Shown: piece after piece, positions 45,112 through 57,948 of the stretch
How the letters are laid out: the number at the start of each line of letters is the position of its first letter
How positions within the stretch are numbered: the stretch's first letter is position 1
NCBI GenBank assembly: GCA_964035575.1
Contig: OZ037840.1
Location: 1,178,001-1,242,000 of the forward strand
Length of the DNA: 64,000 bases
Direction of reading: 5' to 3'
Source: Rhynchopus sp. YZ270_cl-10
Lineage: Eukaryota
Translations under genes and position numbers: made by a program
The notes under the pieces: generated by a model
Database searches by the model: none
What the model was told of the DNA's origin: nothing
Seen by the model: the letters and a program-made list of their open reading frames with translations, nothing else

Positions 45112-48100
45112 TAGGGGGTACACGACGGACTAGTTATGACCATGACAGGTGATCTTACTAGTAAAATGACAGGTGAAATTTTTTGACAGGTGGTACCTGT
45201 CATTTTGACAGGTACCACCTGTCAAAATACAGGCACCAGGTGCCCAGGTACCCAGGTACCCAGGTACCCAGGTACCCAGGTACCCCCAATGACATAACGA
45301 AGTATCGCTTGAAAGTACCGTTCAATAACCTTTCTTGGGTGTGCATGAAGTAGGACACAAGGTATATCAAACGATAAATCAATCAGATAAACGTTACATC
45401 ATCGGAAAATTGTTGGCACCGCCGCCCTGTCTTCGTATTTATTACGTCGACAGGCCAAACAGCGTTGGGCTCAGAAGAAGCAGTGCAAAACACTGGGGAT
45501 CAACATGAGAACCAACTCCCAACAACACAGGCTACCAAAGTAGCAGGTGGGGTGTTGCGGGTGTTTGGGGTGAAAGAAAATCGATTTTGGTAAGTTCCAG
45601 CAGAAAATTCTTAAGTTTGCACTAGTCGAGAGAGGCTTACCCGCTGCAGTGAAGCAGTGCACCCATTTAAGGATGGAGAAGCGTGACACGCACATACAAG
45701 TATGTACGTTACTTCAACAAAGGCTGAATTCTGGTAATTCTAAGGGATGTGAATTCAGCCACCACGCAGGTAGTGTTTTAAGGTTCCTCGCTTTGTTCTG
45801 CACAGCGGGCTTATGATACAAAGGAGTTGCCCCCGCTCTCTTTCGCGCAAACTTAAGAAAATTCTGAAGTAACTACAACCTGGCGTGCGGGTACAGATGC
45901 ATTGCTTTGTTCTTTCCTCAAAGTCATGTGTGATCTCTCGGGTCTGTACTAAAGTCAGTGTTTAGATAAGCATCCACTTGACTCGTTCTAACAACCGTTG
46001 AAATCTAGAACAAAACAACACACTGCCCCTTCTCACACCAAGCCGCCATGCTTCAAGAGCATGCCCTGGGCAAAAATTACTGTGACAAAAATTGGTTTCT
46101 GGGGGAACGCAATATTTTCTTGTGCCTAGTCCTCCGCAAGCAGAGGACAGACTTTCCGGATCCCGAAGTCGAATTTCTTGCACTAGCTATGCTCCCTGGG
46201 TTAAATGGCTATAGCAGTGACTGACTAAGAGTTTCATAATAATTGGGGTGGTCTCGGTCGCCACCTGATTTTGAAATATTTGCACCAGCTCGTCCGTCGG
46301 CACTGCTTCGCTGTCACAATGAAGGGTCGTCGGTTCGGGTACCTGTTAAGAGAAATTGAGGACAAAAGTGACGTTACTAACAAAAAAAAAGAAGTTGAGT
46401 CAATGACTTGAAATACAAAACCCTCTCGTGAACAGTGTACCTTGGTACATGACCGGCTGTACCGGGGCGGACACCCAACAAGAGATAGATAGAGGAGCAC
46501 AAATCTTGGTAGTCGCTAATTTGGGCGGGAAAAAATAGCTTCAATTTACATCCGGAGACGAGACGTACATCCAGAGCGGGACAATGTCGAAAAGGGGGAG
46601 CGGGGGTGGTGAAAACCGGGGGTTAAAAACATACCTCGCACTCGGTCCACTCTCCAGGTACGAGAACATCATTGGACGTACAAACCCACCACTGCGTCAG
46701 TAAATAGCTATTTCCCTCCCTCCCGCCAGGTTCGAGGGAGCACTTGAGGGAGGACAAAAAATGCCTGGTTCGCGCAGGTAGTTTTCTTACGGGAAAAATC
46801 TGGGGGGCCGGGCGGGGCCGTGTTGCTGAGAATAACTCGCACTCTGCCCGGTGTGAACAAGCCCACACCAAAGCAATGGCTGTACAAGTCGATTTTTGCA
46901 GGGGTGGGCGGGCACCCGGGCTTTTTCCATTTTTTTGGATCGGGCACCAGGTTTTTTATAAGGATTTCAGGTGATTTTTGGATTTTTCTGAGAACACGCT
47001 GCCCCCCTGCCGAAACATGTTCTCGTTTTTCCCTTTTGGGGGGATTTTTGGCCTTTTTCGGGTTTTCCGAGCATCTCCGCAAACTTTTACCCTCACTGTA
47101 ACGGGGTCATTTTGAAAAAAATGGACAAGTTCTTGGCTGATACACGTTTTGGTCGAGTTACTTAGCGGGGTTAAATTGAACTACGATTCTGGACCCACTG
47201 TAACGTGAACCGCCCCCTCGAAATTCAAGAAGGGGTCCCAAACCCGGGCGCGCTACGTGCGGCGCCGCAGGCGAAAAAAAATTAGGGTACATTGTAAAAA
47301 ATGCAGCGGGATTTTTGATGAAGAATAGTGATTTTGTGCATAAAAGGTAAATACGTCCCGAGCCCGGCGCGCGTAGCGCGCCGGAAGTTCTGGGCCTCCG
47401 GCGGAGAAACTAGAATTCCTGGCCTAAAAAGGGTCCGAGCTTTCGCACGGTGGTGGGTGGGGTGGATCTTTATGATATTCAAAGAGATGCAGAAGCTCTG
47501 CGGACACCTCCTCACTGAGGTACTCGCGGGATGGTTCTTGGCATGCAAGAGTGCATCAAGGGGTTCGTCGACAACTTGTGAGCGGAGACGTGTCTTCACC
47601 AACTTTAATCACGAAAATTCCCGCTCATCTTCGCAAGACGAAACAGGGGGTCAGAAGGCGAGTCGCACAAACTCGCATTATCCCGTACTCCTTCTTCAGT
47701 TGCGTCTTCATCTCCTCTCTGCTTGTCCCCGGCTTCGCCGGATCCACCAGGAGCTTCTCCCCACTCCTTGTCATCTCCGAGGTCGGGTTGCAACGGAAGG
47801 AAATAGTCGGCAGATGGCTCGGGCGAGGAGGCTGGGAGGAAGATGAAAGAGGTGGGCGGCCCTTCGGGCCCCACCCCACCTCTTCAATTTTTTTATTTGT
47901 ATTTTTATTTTTTTCCAATGAAGAATTCTTCATCGGATTCTTCAGCGCGGAAAGACTGATTATGGCTTAGTACCGCACTCCCGTGTATTTGGTGCACCCA
48001 GATGGTCAAACACCCGATTTTTGCGTTTTTTTTTTGCATTTTTTTGCATTTTTTCGCCCAGTATTGAGGACGTGTGGGGGTGAGGACCACCGAGGGCAAT

Positions 48101-49704
48101 TTTGTGAATTTTTTTGGGGTCAAAAATTGACTTGTCTTTCGTAAATCCCACGAAAAATCGGGTGCGCAAAATCGCGTTATAGACCCCCATAGATGCTCAA
48201 AAGTGTCAAATTTTGCTTTTAATGGCCTCAAATCGTCGAAATTCGCCCTAAAAGGGGGCAAAAAAAAAATTCGAGAGTCCCTTTCCCTGGGAGGCAATAG
48301 CCACCGGCAAAAACACCTGTCATATGACAGGTGGTACCTGTCATTTTGACAGGTACCACCTGTCATTTGACAGGTACCACCTGTCAAAATGACAGGTGCA
48401 CCTGTCATTTTACAGGTACCACCTGTCATATTACTAGTAATATTCAATTATCACCTGTCATATTTATAACTAGTAACACCACCTGTCATATCACCTGTCA
48501 TGGCCATAACTAGTCCGTCGTGTACTCCAGCCATTTTTTGCGCACGGAAAATTCATTTGGCATTATCTGGTCATCTCCAAGGCAACTGCGGGTGAAAAAC
48601 ACCCTCAGAGTGGGTCACAGGGGGCCTGTGGGTCGAAAAACGACCCAGAAGCCACCCCAGAATACAAAAAAATGGAAAAAAATAGTGAAAAAACGGCTTT
48701 TTTCACGTTTTGGCCACTTTGGGCAAAATAGCGATTTTTCGAGAAAAAAATCAAAAACCGGGATATTTTTTGACATCACAAAGCCTCCTTTGGCACAAAT
48801 ATACCCCAAAAGTGGCCTGTGAGTCCATTCCAACCTGTTTTGGACATATTTGACACTTTTGGAAGTGTTTTTTTGGTGTTTTTAGGTCAAAAAAATGCCC
48901 AAGACGTCCCCAAGACATCCCCAAGACACTTTGCACACCCCCTGTTACGGTCATATTTTTTTCGTTTTTTTGCCTGAAACCCCCAAAATACCCCTCCCGG
49001 ACCCCACATAGTCCCGAATATCCATCACACACCCACTCAGAGTGAGTAGAAGCACCCCAAAAAAAATATTTTTTAAAGCCCTTCAACTTCAACATGGATG
49101 CTGCCGAAACTGAAGCACAATTTTAGGGCTTTAAAAAATATTTTTTTTGGGGTGCTTCTACTCACTCTGAGTGGGTGTGTGATGGATATTCGGGACTATG
49201 TGGGGTCCGGGAGGGGTATTTTGGGGGTTTCAGGCAAAAAAACGAAAAAAATATGACCGTAACAGGGGGTGTGCAAAGTGTCTTGGGGATGTCTTGGGGA
49301 CGTCTTGGGCATTTTTTTGACCTAAAAACACCAAAAAAACACTTCCAAAAGTGTCAAATATGTCCAAAACAGGTTGGAATGGACTCACAGGCCACTTTTG
49401 GGGTATATTTGTGCCAAAGGAGGCTTTGTGATGTCAAAAAATATCCCGGTTTTTGATTTTTTTCTCGAAAAATCGCTATTTTGCCCAAAGTGGCCAAAAC
49501 GTGAAAAAAGCCGTTTTTTCACTATTTTTTTCCATTTTTTTGTATTCTGGGGTGGCTTCTGGGTCGTTTTTCGACCCACAGGCCCCCTGTGACCCACTCT
49601 GAGGGTGTTTTTCACCCGCAGTTGCCTTGGAGATGGCCAGATAATGCCAAATGAATTTTCCGTGCGTTTGGTCCCAGCCAAAATGGCTGGAGTCGTATCC
49701 CCTA
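45112..49704. mobile_element. Foldback-type element H, with element G inserted in its left TIR
   Basis: Left TAGGGGGTA[G]CTCCAGCCATTTT versus right AAAATGGCTGGAGTCGTATCCCCTA. ~560-bp near-perfect arms at 48525-49082 and 49126-49692. Poly-G on both flanks is compatible with a G8 TSD. Confidence 0.8.
45121..48522. mobile_element. Non-autonomous TIR element G
   Basis: TIRs CACGACGGACTAGTTATGACCATGACAGGTGAT and ATCACCTGTCATGGCCATAACTAGTCCGTCGTG. TA on both flanks. TGACAGGT subterminal repeats. Interior homologous to element A. Confidence 0.85.
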
Positions 49705-50646
49705 GGGGGGGGGGGGGGGCCAGGATGTTTGGGGTGGGGTACCCACTGCCTACCTCTGCCCCGGTCAACTTCTTTTCATTTACTTGTCATATCCTGAAGT
49801 CAGATTCTATTTTTGCACACGGCAATGTACCAAGGCACACTGTTACAATTGATTTGCACTTCACAATTTTTTTTTCTTCCGAAAAAAAAAAAAACTCCTC
49901 AGTAAAACCCTCAGAGACCCCACCTTTACAGTAGGCATCATCTGTGGGTAAAGTGTGTCTAACTTTGTTCCGAACGTTTCTCTCTTTTTTGGGTGGGAGG
50001 GAGGTCAGGATAAAATGCCTTGCCATACTGAATGGATGACGCGCTGTCTGTATATTGCCTCCCATTGCCCAGAGGGTATCAGGACTATTCTGTTTTTGTC
50101 CTCAGGGAGGTGAACATCCCCTGCCCCGGCGCATCGTTCGTACTTGCCGATCTACAACACAGACAAAGCCCCCCTTTTTTCTTCTCTCGACGCTGGTGGA
50201 CAAAACTCCATCTTTCGATTGAAAGAATATCTTAATCATTTTCTTAGTATACTTTTCCAGACATCTTCCTTGAAAGATGTGAGAGAGACACATTCATTCA
50301 CTTTTTTATTGATTGAGAAGTTCGCGGATGTCCCCATTTACTAATACTGCATGCAACGGTCTGTTCCAAGACTTTTATGTCTTTTTGTTGTCTAGGGTTT
50401 GCCTAATGAAGGACTGTTACTTCTCCTTTGTCCTCAGCTCTTGGGATGCGTTCCGTCCCAACTCTTCAGCAACTATTTGCGGTGCTGTAAAAAGACACCT
50501 CGATTGTCCTCAAGGAAGCGGTGCGGTGCAAGGTGGTGAGTGTCTTGCATATGCAGAATTGTGTGCCAGTAGTAGTATATCACACAAAACAACAGGAGTA
50601 CCCCTAATACCCGGGAGGGTGTTCCCTCCCACACACAGCCCCCAAC

Positions 50647-53556
50647 ATGGTGCACTCATGTGTGCCCGTGCTGCTGCTTGCACTGCTGTGTGGCGCTGAC
50701 GCTGCCCTGAAGAAGCCGATCCGCCTGATCGGTGTCTTCGCCACGTCGCCGCCGCTCGCACCGCACGACAAAAGCTGGAACCCTCTTGTACCGTGCGAGC
50801 GCATTGTGACTGAGGGTGACGACGACTGCTACAAGGGCGGCTTCCCTGGGGTGGCTGCGTGGATGGAGCACTATTCACAGGACGTGCGTGGGACCATCAA
50901 AGTGACACCACCAGACTTTAGGTCCCGCATGATCTTTGGACATCCCCTTGGCCTGGATCTGAACTACGAGATCTGGGACAGGCTTGGTGTCGACTTCGTC
51001 ACATTGAGGGCAGAGCACTTGATGACACAAGCCCCAGATGGTTCTGTTGTGGAAAAATTTGTTGCAAACATGAAACAGCCCCTGATCCTGACGGACCTTG
51101 CTATTCAGGACAACTTTGTCTACCTTCTGGGCCTGCTGACCATGTGGCATGTGAAGGTGATTGACGGTGTGCAGATCGGTGTGATCGTGCTGTGGTCCGA
51201 GACCTACATCGGACGTCGTGCTCAGTCCATTCCCCACGACAAGCTCATCCCCGTGGTGACAACAAGGCTGCGTGCCCAGGGTGTGGCACAGATCGTGGTG
51301 CTGCGCCTTGGCCACGTGGGTGTGGAGGACGAGATGCAGCAACTGACGACGTACGACGTGGACGTGGTTCTCACGGATGTTGTTGCGGGGACAGACTTTG
51401 CTTCGAACGGGACGTCTGTTCTGTATGCAGCGAGTATTCTGGACAACAAGGCGACTGCGTACCCAATCGTGACGTTGGACTTGACCGAAGAAGAGGACGG
51501 GTCGAAGTGGCACTACAGTGCAACGGAGGTGAGTGCACGTGACCTGCCTGTTCCTGTGACGGACGCACGCTTTGCAGCAAACCTTGCCTGGATGCAAGAG
51601 CAGATTGTGCTGAGCCAGAGAAACGACTACGTGGTTGCAACGTCGACAGCAGCGATGCCGTCCATCAATGAGGAAGGGTTCTACAACTGCCGTGGACGTG
51701 ACTGTGAGTTGGGCAAGATGACTGCAGATGCGATGCGTGAATGGGCAGGGACGGACCTGGCAATGGTAAACGGTGGTGCCCTGCGTGGTGTTGGGTGGGA
51801 GAAGGGTCCGATCAAGCGCAGTGCTTTGTGGGGTACGTACCCTTTTGCGAACCTTCTGTGCAAGGTGAACATGTCTGGCACTGTGCTGTTGGATTTCATG
51901 AACCACGGAGTGAGTGCACTGCTTCCGGACGGAACACGAGACAAGACAAGCCGCCTTGGTCTGTACCCACAGATGAGTGGGATGCGGTTCACCATCAACC
52001 CCAGCCTCCCCGAACGTCGTGTTGTTTCGATCGATGTGCTCACACCCACAGGGGTGTACAAGCCACTGCAGAAGCGTAAGAAGTACTCCATTGTCCTCCC
52101 AGAGTTCATTGCAGGTGGTGGTGACGGGTACGGGATGCTTCCCACGAACCAGCACGACGGGTCGGAAGGCTGTGGTATCGACACTGCACTGGAGGTGACA
52201 GAGACGTACCTGAAGGCTGCATCGATTTACACTCCGTCCTTGGGTGACAGAATGAGTCTCAACATGGCTGGGAGTGCACTGATGATGACGAACGACACGA
52301 AGTACAACTGCAGAGAGGACCAGAAGTACGATGCATACTGGCAGCACTGCGAGGACTGCCCTGAAGGCTTCTGGAACCCGAATGTCGACTTCCCTGTGTG
52401 TGTGGAGAAGCTCCCGGATGAGCTTGACAAGGCCCTGATCCTTGGAACTGTGTTTGGTCTTCTTGTTGTCCTTGCGATCCCTATTGCGTGGAAGATGACA
52501 GAGAAGCAGCGCCGCATCAACGCGCTCTTCAACAACAACAAGATTGCAGAGGAGTGTGCCATTGCGGTTATGGACCTCCGTCTTGGCGACCTTGACTACC
52601 TCCACGAGCTGGAGAAGCCGAACACGATTCAGTCTGCGTTTATTGCCATCACGAAGCAGATGAAGGTGTACATGGAGTTTATGCCGAAGAACCTCATTGC
52701 GGAATGTCAGGGAAGCGAGTCTGATTCTTCTGAGTCTGATGACTCTGGCGATAACTCACAAGGATCCGCAAATAGCCTGAAGAGAGGACTGCAGGCGAAG
52801 ATGAAGCTGACGACAATTTTCCTCAAAACGAAGCGCATTGCAGCACTCACACTGAACAGCAAGGGGCACCTCAAAAGCATCAGCGACGACGTCCTCACGA
52901 AACACTCGCACTTCATCGAACAATTCACCACAATCATCACTACACACAAAGGCATTGCCGAGACACTGAGCGGTGACAGGATGCTTGCCACGTGGAACAC
53001 TGTGACGGCAATAGGCAACCACTCTGTTCACGCTGGCAAGGCAGCGATCGATCTGCAGAAGGCACTCGACAACACAATGTACATCGGCATCGCACAGGGT
53101 TCTGCACAGTTCGGGCTGTTTGGCGGGGAAGGCACCAAGCGGTACGATGTGCTGGGCAGCGTGATCCCGTCTGCCTCGCTGCTGATGGTCCTGAACAAGC
53201 AGTACAACACTTCCATCCTGGTTTCGCCCGAGGCGGAGAAGGAGGGGAACAGCTTCTTCTACTTCAGGATTATAGACTACGTTTGTTACAGGAAGCTGGT
53301 ACCGGAAGCATCGTGCTTTGTGTTTGAGCTTATGTCAGCGAAGGACGACGGTGGCTCAGAGTGGATGTATGAACTACAAATAGCAGAGGGCAAGAACCCT
53401 TGGTTGGGTCTGAACAATGCGTGGCACGACTTCATCCAACAGGGTAGTATACCCAAAGGCAACGGAGTGGAGCTGAGTGGCATTCTGGCTGAGCTTTATG
53501 AGAAGAAGCACAAGGGTGAGTATGTGGCAGAGTCGGCGCTTCTGGACCTTATGTAA
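50647..53556 (+). CDS. Single-pass receptor: 5'-nucleotidase-like ectodomain + TM + degenerate class III cyclase domain (paralog 2)
   Basis: Signal peptide MVHSCVPVLLLALLCGADA. Motifs CRGRDCELGKMTADAM, NGGALR, YPF, YPQMSG and EFIAGGGDGY. TM ALILGTVFGLLVVLAIPIAW. Cytosolic part nearly identical to paralog 1. Confidence 0.9.
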   Translation: MVHSCVPVLLLALLCGADAALKKPIRLIGVFATSPPLAPHDKSWNPLVPCERIVTEGDDDCYKGGFPGVAAWMEHYSQDVRGTIKVTPPDFRSRMIFGHPLGLDLNYEIWDRLGVDFVTLRAEHLMTQAPDGSVVEKFVANMKQPLILTDLAIQDNFVYLLGLLTMWHVKVIDGVQIGVIVLWSETYIGRRAQSIPHDKLIPVVTTRLRAQGVAQIVVLRLGHVGVEDEMQQLTTYDVDVVLTDVVAGTDFASNGTSVLYAASILDNKATAYPIVTLDLTEEEDGSKWHYSATEVSARDLPVPVTDARFAANLAWMQEQIVLSQRNDYVVATSTAAMPSINEEGFYNCRGRDCELGKMTADAMREWAGTDLAMVNGGALRGVGWEKGPIKRSALWGTYPFANLLCKVNMSGTVLLDFMNHGVSALLPDGTRDKTSRLGLYPQMSGMRFTINPSLPERRVVSIDVLTPTGVYKPLQKRKKYSIVLPEFIAGGGDGYGMLPTNQHDGSEGCGIDTALEVTETYLKAASIYTPSLGDRMSLNMAGSALMMTNDTKYNCREDQKYDAYWQHCEDCPEGFWNPNVDFPVCVEKLPDELDKALILGTVFGLLVVLAIPIAWKMTEKQRRINALFNNNKIAEECAIAVMDLRLGDLDYLHELEKPNTIQSAFIAITKQMKVYMEFMPKNLIAECQGSESDSSESDDSGDNSQGSANSLKRGLQAKMKLTTIFLKTKRIAALTLNSKGHLKSISDDVLTKHSHFIEQFTTIITTHKGIAETLSGDRMLATWNTVTAIGNHSVHAGKAAIDLQKALDNTMYIGIAQGSAQFGLFGGEGTKRYDVLGSVIPSASLLMVLNKQYNTSILVSPEAEKEGNSFFYFRIIDYVCYRKLVPEASCFVFELMSAKDDGGSEWMYELQIAEGKNPWLGLNNAWHDFIQQGSIPKGNGVELSGILAELYEKKHKGEYVAESALLDLM

Positions 53557-54767
53557 CACAGTCGTGGGTAGGGCGCTTCAGTGGGGTTGCTTCTAGTTGC
53601 GAATGGGGTTTGTATTTGGTCGAGGTCTCAATCAGTGTTTGATACTTGATTCACCCTACCTTTCGCACTGTGGGCATATTTTCAATAATTTTCTTTGTTG
53701 CCGGAAATATTTTTGTGCAGCGTAGTTGGCTTCGTTTTGTTGTGGTTAGTTTTTTTCTATTATTTTTGTCAGTTTCGGGCTCAGTTCTTTGTTTCATTAA
53801 TCAAGTTTTAGTTTTTATTCTCCGTCCACTGTTTGTGGTCCACAATTGCTACTCCCGTTGACAAGGATGCACACCTCATATTCTCTGCGGTGCCCACCTT
53901 GCGGAAAATGGATTTGACGTTTTCCAGAAAACCCTTCAGCTGTTCATCATCTGCCTTGTTGGAAAGCCGCTCAGTTCGCCTTCATCACCTGCACCAGTAT
54001 CGTGCCGCAGTCGCTCTAACCCTCACAGGATCTGCCCCTTCCTCAAGGTGTACAGTTACGTGGAATGCAACCAAGGAGAGTTTCGTGGGTCAGGAAGCCC
54101 ATTTTGCCTCTGTGTTGCCCTCTGTCCCTTGATGTGCGTTATATGTTGTGATTTTTTTAAGTTTTTTTGTGTGTTCGTCGTGGTTTGTGAGTCACATACG
54201 TGTGTTACGTTGTGTTCTATCTTCTTCTCTAATGTTTTTTTAAAATGCTCCATCCTGTAGTTCAAAATAGGATAAATTAACCACCTGATTCCGGGAAAAT
54301 CAACATACCCCCATACGCCCCCATACGCCCCCAAACTCACCCCAATTTTTTTTGGAAAAAAAGTTTTTCCCAGGGTGTCTGGACTAGGGTGGGGGGACGG
54401 GGTGTGCATGGTGGTAGCTACAAACTTGTTGAACCACAGCCAACCCGCCAGTCACTGAAAAGTGACCAGACAGTCCACTTGACAAACACAAAAGTGTCCA
54501 GTCACGTGGGGCATTCATGCACTGAGGAGATAATGATTCAACAATTTACAAGAAAGCATTACTTAACCTACTGCTGGAAGTTGCCAGGTCGTAGTAACAC
54601 ACAAAGCGTGCCTCCGTTCGGGAATAGAGGAGTTATAGAGTCCTAAAAGGCCTCTGCCGCTAGTCAAGGTATAACCGAGTGAACGGCCCAAGACCCCCGT
54701 GGAGAAGTTAGATGTTGTAATGCTATCAAGTAGAAACTGCGACCACTGTCTTACCCTCCTCAATGCA

Positions 54768-57558
54768 CACTGTGGCTAGGGGTATGGGGATAGGTTCGCT
54801 GGGATAGCATATTTGGGGATAGCATATGCCATCCCCCAGGGGATAGCATAACCTATCCCCGGGGATAGGTTATGCTATCCCCCTGGGATAGGTTATTTCA
54901 GGATAACCTATCCCCCTGGGATAGCATTTGACTGTACTTTACTAAGGATCTGCGTGCTGGGGACACAAAAATTTAGTATCCCCACCCAGGTGCCCATTTG
55001 TCACCTTCCCACCCCTTAAAAAAATACAAAATAATGGGGGGATTCGGGTGCCCAAATAATCCTATGCACAAAAAATGAAGCGGGGGGGAAAAGGGATAAA
55101 TAATTTTATTTCCCCCACCCAACAACAATGATAAAGCGTAACGACAACAAATAAAAGCAAATAGGAATTTGTGGTTTTTGTGAGGCACTCAACGAAGTGT
55201 GCCGGCTCTGTGGAGACACGGAGCCACCAGCACTCCCCAGTCTTTTTTCCGGAAGTACCTGGAAAACTCGCGGTTGCGACCAGGCAAACGAAAAAATTCA
55301 ATTACACACCAAATGTGTGCGGGAGAAAATAGAAATGCAAAAAACTCCAGCTTCATCTGTGGGTGCGACGTTCTGCGGGCCTCCAGACATTAGGTGTTAT
55401 AATTATTCTTGTTGCCACTCATCACCATCAGAATAACACCACAAAATGTCTGGAAGCCCGCAGAACGTCGCACCCACAGATGAAGCTGGAATTCCAAAAC
55501 AAAAAGACCTCTTCGCAGACTTCTTCAAGCTGTACGTGCTTCCTGCACCCAAACACAGCATCCACGTGACGGACCTCAGGGAACTGATCCGAAAGGTATT
55601 CCCCAAGCACTTCGGCAACCTTTCTGACGTAACGCCAACTGTCACATCCGCGATTAAGTCTGCACACAAGAAGGTCAAGGATAACTTGACAAAAAATGAG
55701 CACGAAGCACTTATGGCAGATGGGAGCGATGCGTGGCTCTACATATTTTCCCAGAAAAGTTAGACTTATTTTAGTAATCTTGAAAATCACACCAATAATT
55801 GAATTCGACCTTCTACACTGACAACCTCTTCAGCTGCGTCACATTAACAGTCCAGAGGCAGGGCTATCGGTAAGAAGGGGTTTTGGGGGGCATCATATAT
55901 CATATTTCATATTTCAAAATCATATTTCAAAAAAAAAAAAAAAAACACGAGTTTACGGCAGGGGTCGCGCTAACTTGCTACCGACTACCGTAGATTTTTG
56001 GCGATTTTGCTCGGTACGTTTTTTTTTTGCAAACCGGGGTTTCCTTACTAAATCGGAGAAACTCACATTTCATAGTAAACGTACTATAGCGTGTTTTTGC
56101 ACACACATGTGACCCCACCGTGGAGAGCAATGGGCTCGCGCAATCAAAAGAAAGCAGAGAAAAAGGGGGAAAAAAAAAGACAAAAGTTGGGCACCGTGCG
56201 CCTGCGGCGCTACCTACTGTTCTCAATCAAGAACTGAAAATGACCCTTCTTTACGAGAATCGGCAGTCTCGAAAAGTGCACAGCAATAAAAAATGGTGAA
56301 AACTTAAATACCGAAAATTCGTCCATTTTTCCAAAATGACCCCATCACTTTCTGCAATTGCACCGCATCGGACGATACGCTCAAAAACGCCTCCCTTTTT
56401 TCGTGATCTGGGAACATGCTTGCAGAGAATCTCATATTTCATAGTAAGGGTACTTTAGCGTGTTTTTTGCGCACACATGTGACCCCACCGTGGACCCAAA
56501 GCCACATATTTTCACCCCAGAACCTATCCTGAGGGGTGCCCAGGCGGTTTCGGGGTGTTTATCCACCTTAGTACGCACGCTTTTTTCTTGATTTCTTGAT
56601 TTTTCTTGAAAATCTTGGTTTTCCTGTAGGTGTGCTATTTCTATGGGCACTATATTGGCACTCGGGTTGGGAGGGGAACAGTGATGGAACACAACGCATT
56701 TTTGACCCAAAAAACATGGTACTCCACCTATTTTGAGGTCGGGGAATCAATTCCGTGGTGATTTTTGGACATTAGAGACGTTCTGGCGGTCTTATTGGGG
56801 GTGTTGGTGCTCATGACAAGGCAAATGCAAGCGTTTTTAAATAAACAATGGAGCGTTGGGTGTGTCAAATATCTCTGAGACGCCTCTGGGGACTAGAAAA
56901 GCCCTCAAAGCCACATACTTTCACCCCAGAACCTATCCTGAGGGGTACCCAGGCGGTTTTGGGGTGTTTAGAGGGACTGGTGAAACTTAGAACCATGTTT
57001 TAAAAAGGGTACCAGGTCCTAGTACCCTCCCAAGGTACCAAGTCCTTGCCACTTTTTTTTTTATTTTCAGTTTGCCTGTTGTGGGGCCAAAAAAGGGTCG
57101 GTTGGGGTCAAAACAGGGCGAGGGGGTATTTTTTGGGTGGTGTGGGTGGGAATATATGGTCAAAATCACTTTGAAATGCATTTTTGTCAAAAAGAAAAAA
57201 ACACGTGTTTATGACAGCTTTTGATACCCCCTATTCCCCCCCCCCGCTTCATTTTTTGTGCATAGGATTATTTGGGCACCCGAATCCCCCCATTATTTTG
57301 TATTTTTTTAAGGGGTGGGAAGGTGACAAATGGGCACCTGGGTGGGGATACTAAATTTTTGTGTCCCCAGCACGCAGATCCTTAGTAAAGTACAGTCAAA
57401 TGCTATCCCAGGGGGATAGGTTATCCTGAAATAACCTATCCCAGGGGGATAGCATAACCTATCCCCGGGGATAGGTTATGCTATCCCCTGGGGATGGCAT
57501 ATGCTATCCCCAAATATGCTATCCCAGCGAACCTATCCCCATACCCCTAGCCACAGTG
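54768..57558. mobile_element. Non-autonomous CACTA/EnSpm-like element K with ~330-bp TIRs
   Basis: Termini CACTGTGG and CCACAGTG. 2-bp TSD CA, defined against uninterrupted family R copies (CAATGCA|TGGTGG). GGGATAG subterminal repeats. Confidence 0.85.
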
Positions 57559-57948
57559 CATGATGGAAGATGTCTTTGACAACAAATATCCTGTACCCAG
57601 GTACCCAGGTTCCCAGACCCACGCAGTACTACGTCGCAGTACTACGCAAAATTTACCACCAGACCCTGTCTTCGTGCACCTTAAGTACAACGCCGCAGAC
57701 AGGCCAAACATGCGTTGGACTCAGAGGAATGCCTGCTGTGCAGTGTATCAAACATGAGAACCAACTCCCAGCAACAAGGGGCGCCTTTTTGCGGGCGTTG
57801 TTGAGGGTGTTTGGGGTGCAAAGTTTTCCACAATTTTGATGCGCGGGTACAGAAGTGTTGTCTTGTTCTTTCATCTCTAGGAATGTAAATGTCAATCGCG
57901 TTTAACTACCACTAGGTTGTTCAGTGAACCACGAGGGGTCGAAGGGGG

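Noticed and set aside
50875..52605. 576-aa antisense ORF, and similar ones at 15417-16457 and 10678-11649
   Set aside because: Shadows of codon bias on the strand opposite real genes.
54768..57558. Transib assignment from the RSS-heptamer-like CACAGTG ends
   Set aside because: Comparison with the empty site gives a 2-bp TSD, not 5 bp, which favours CACTA/EnSpm.
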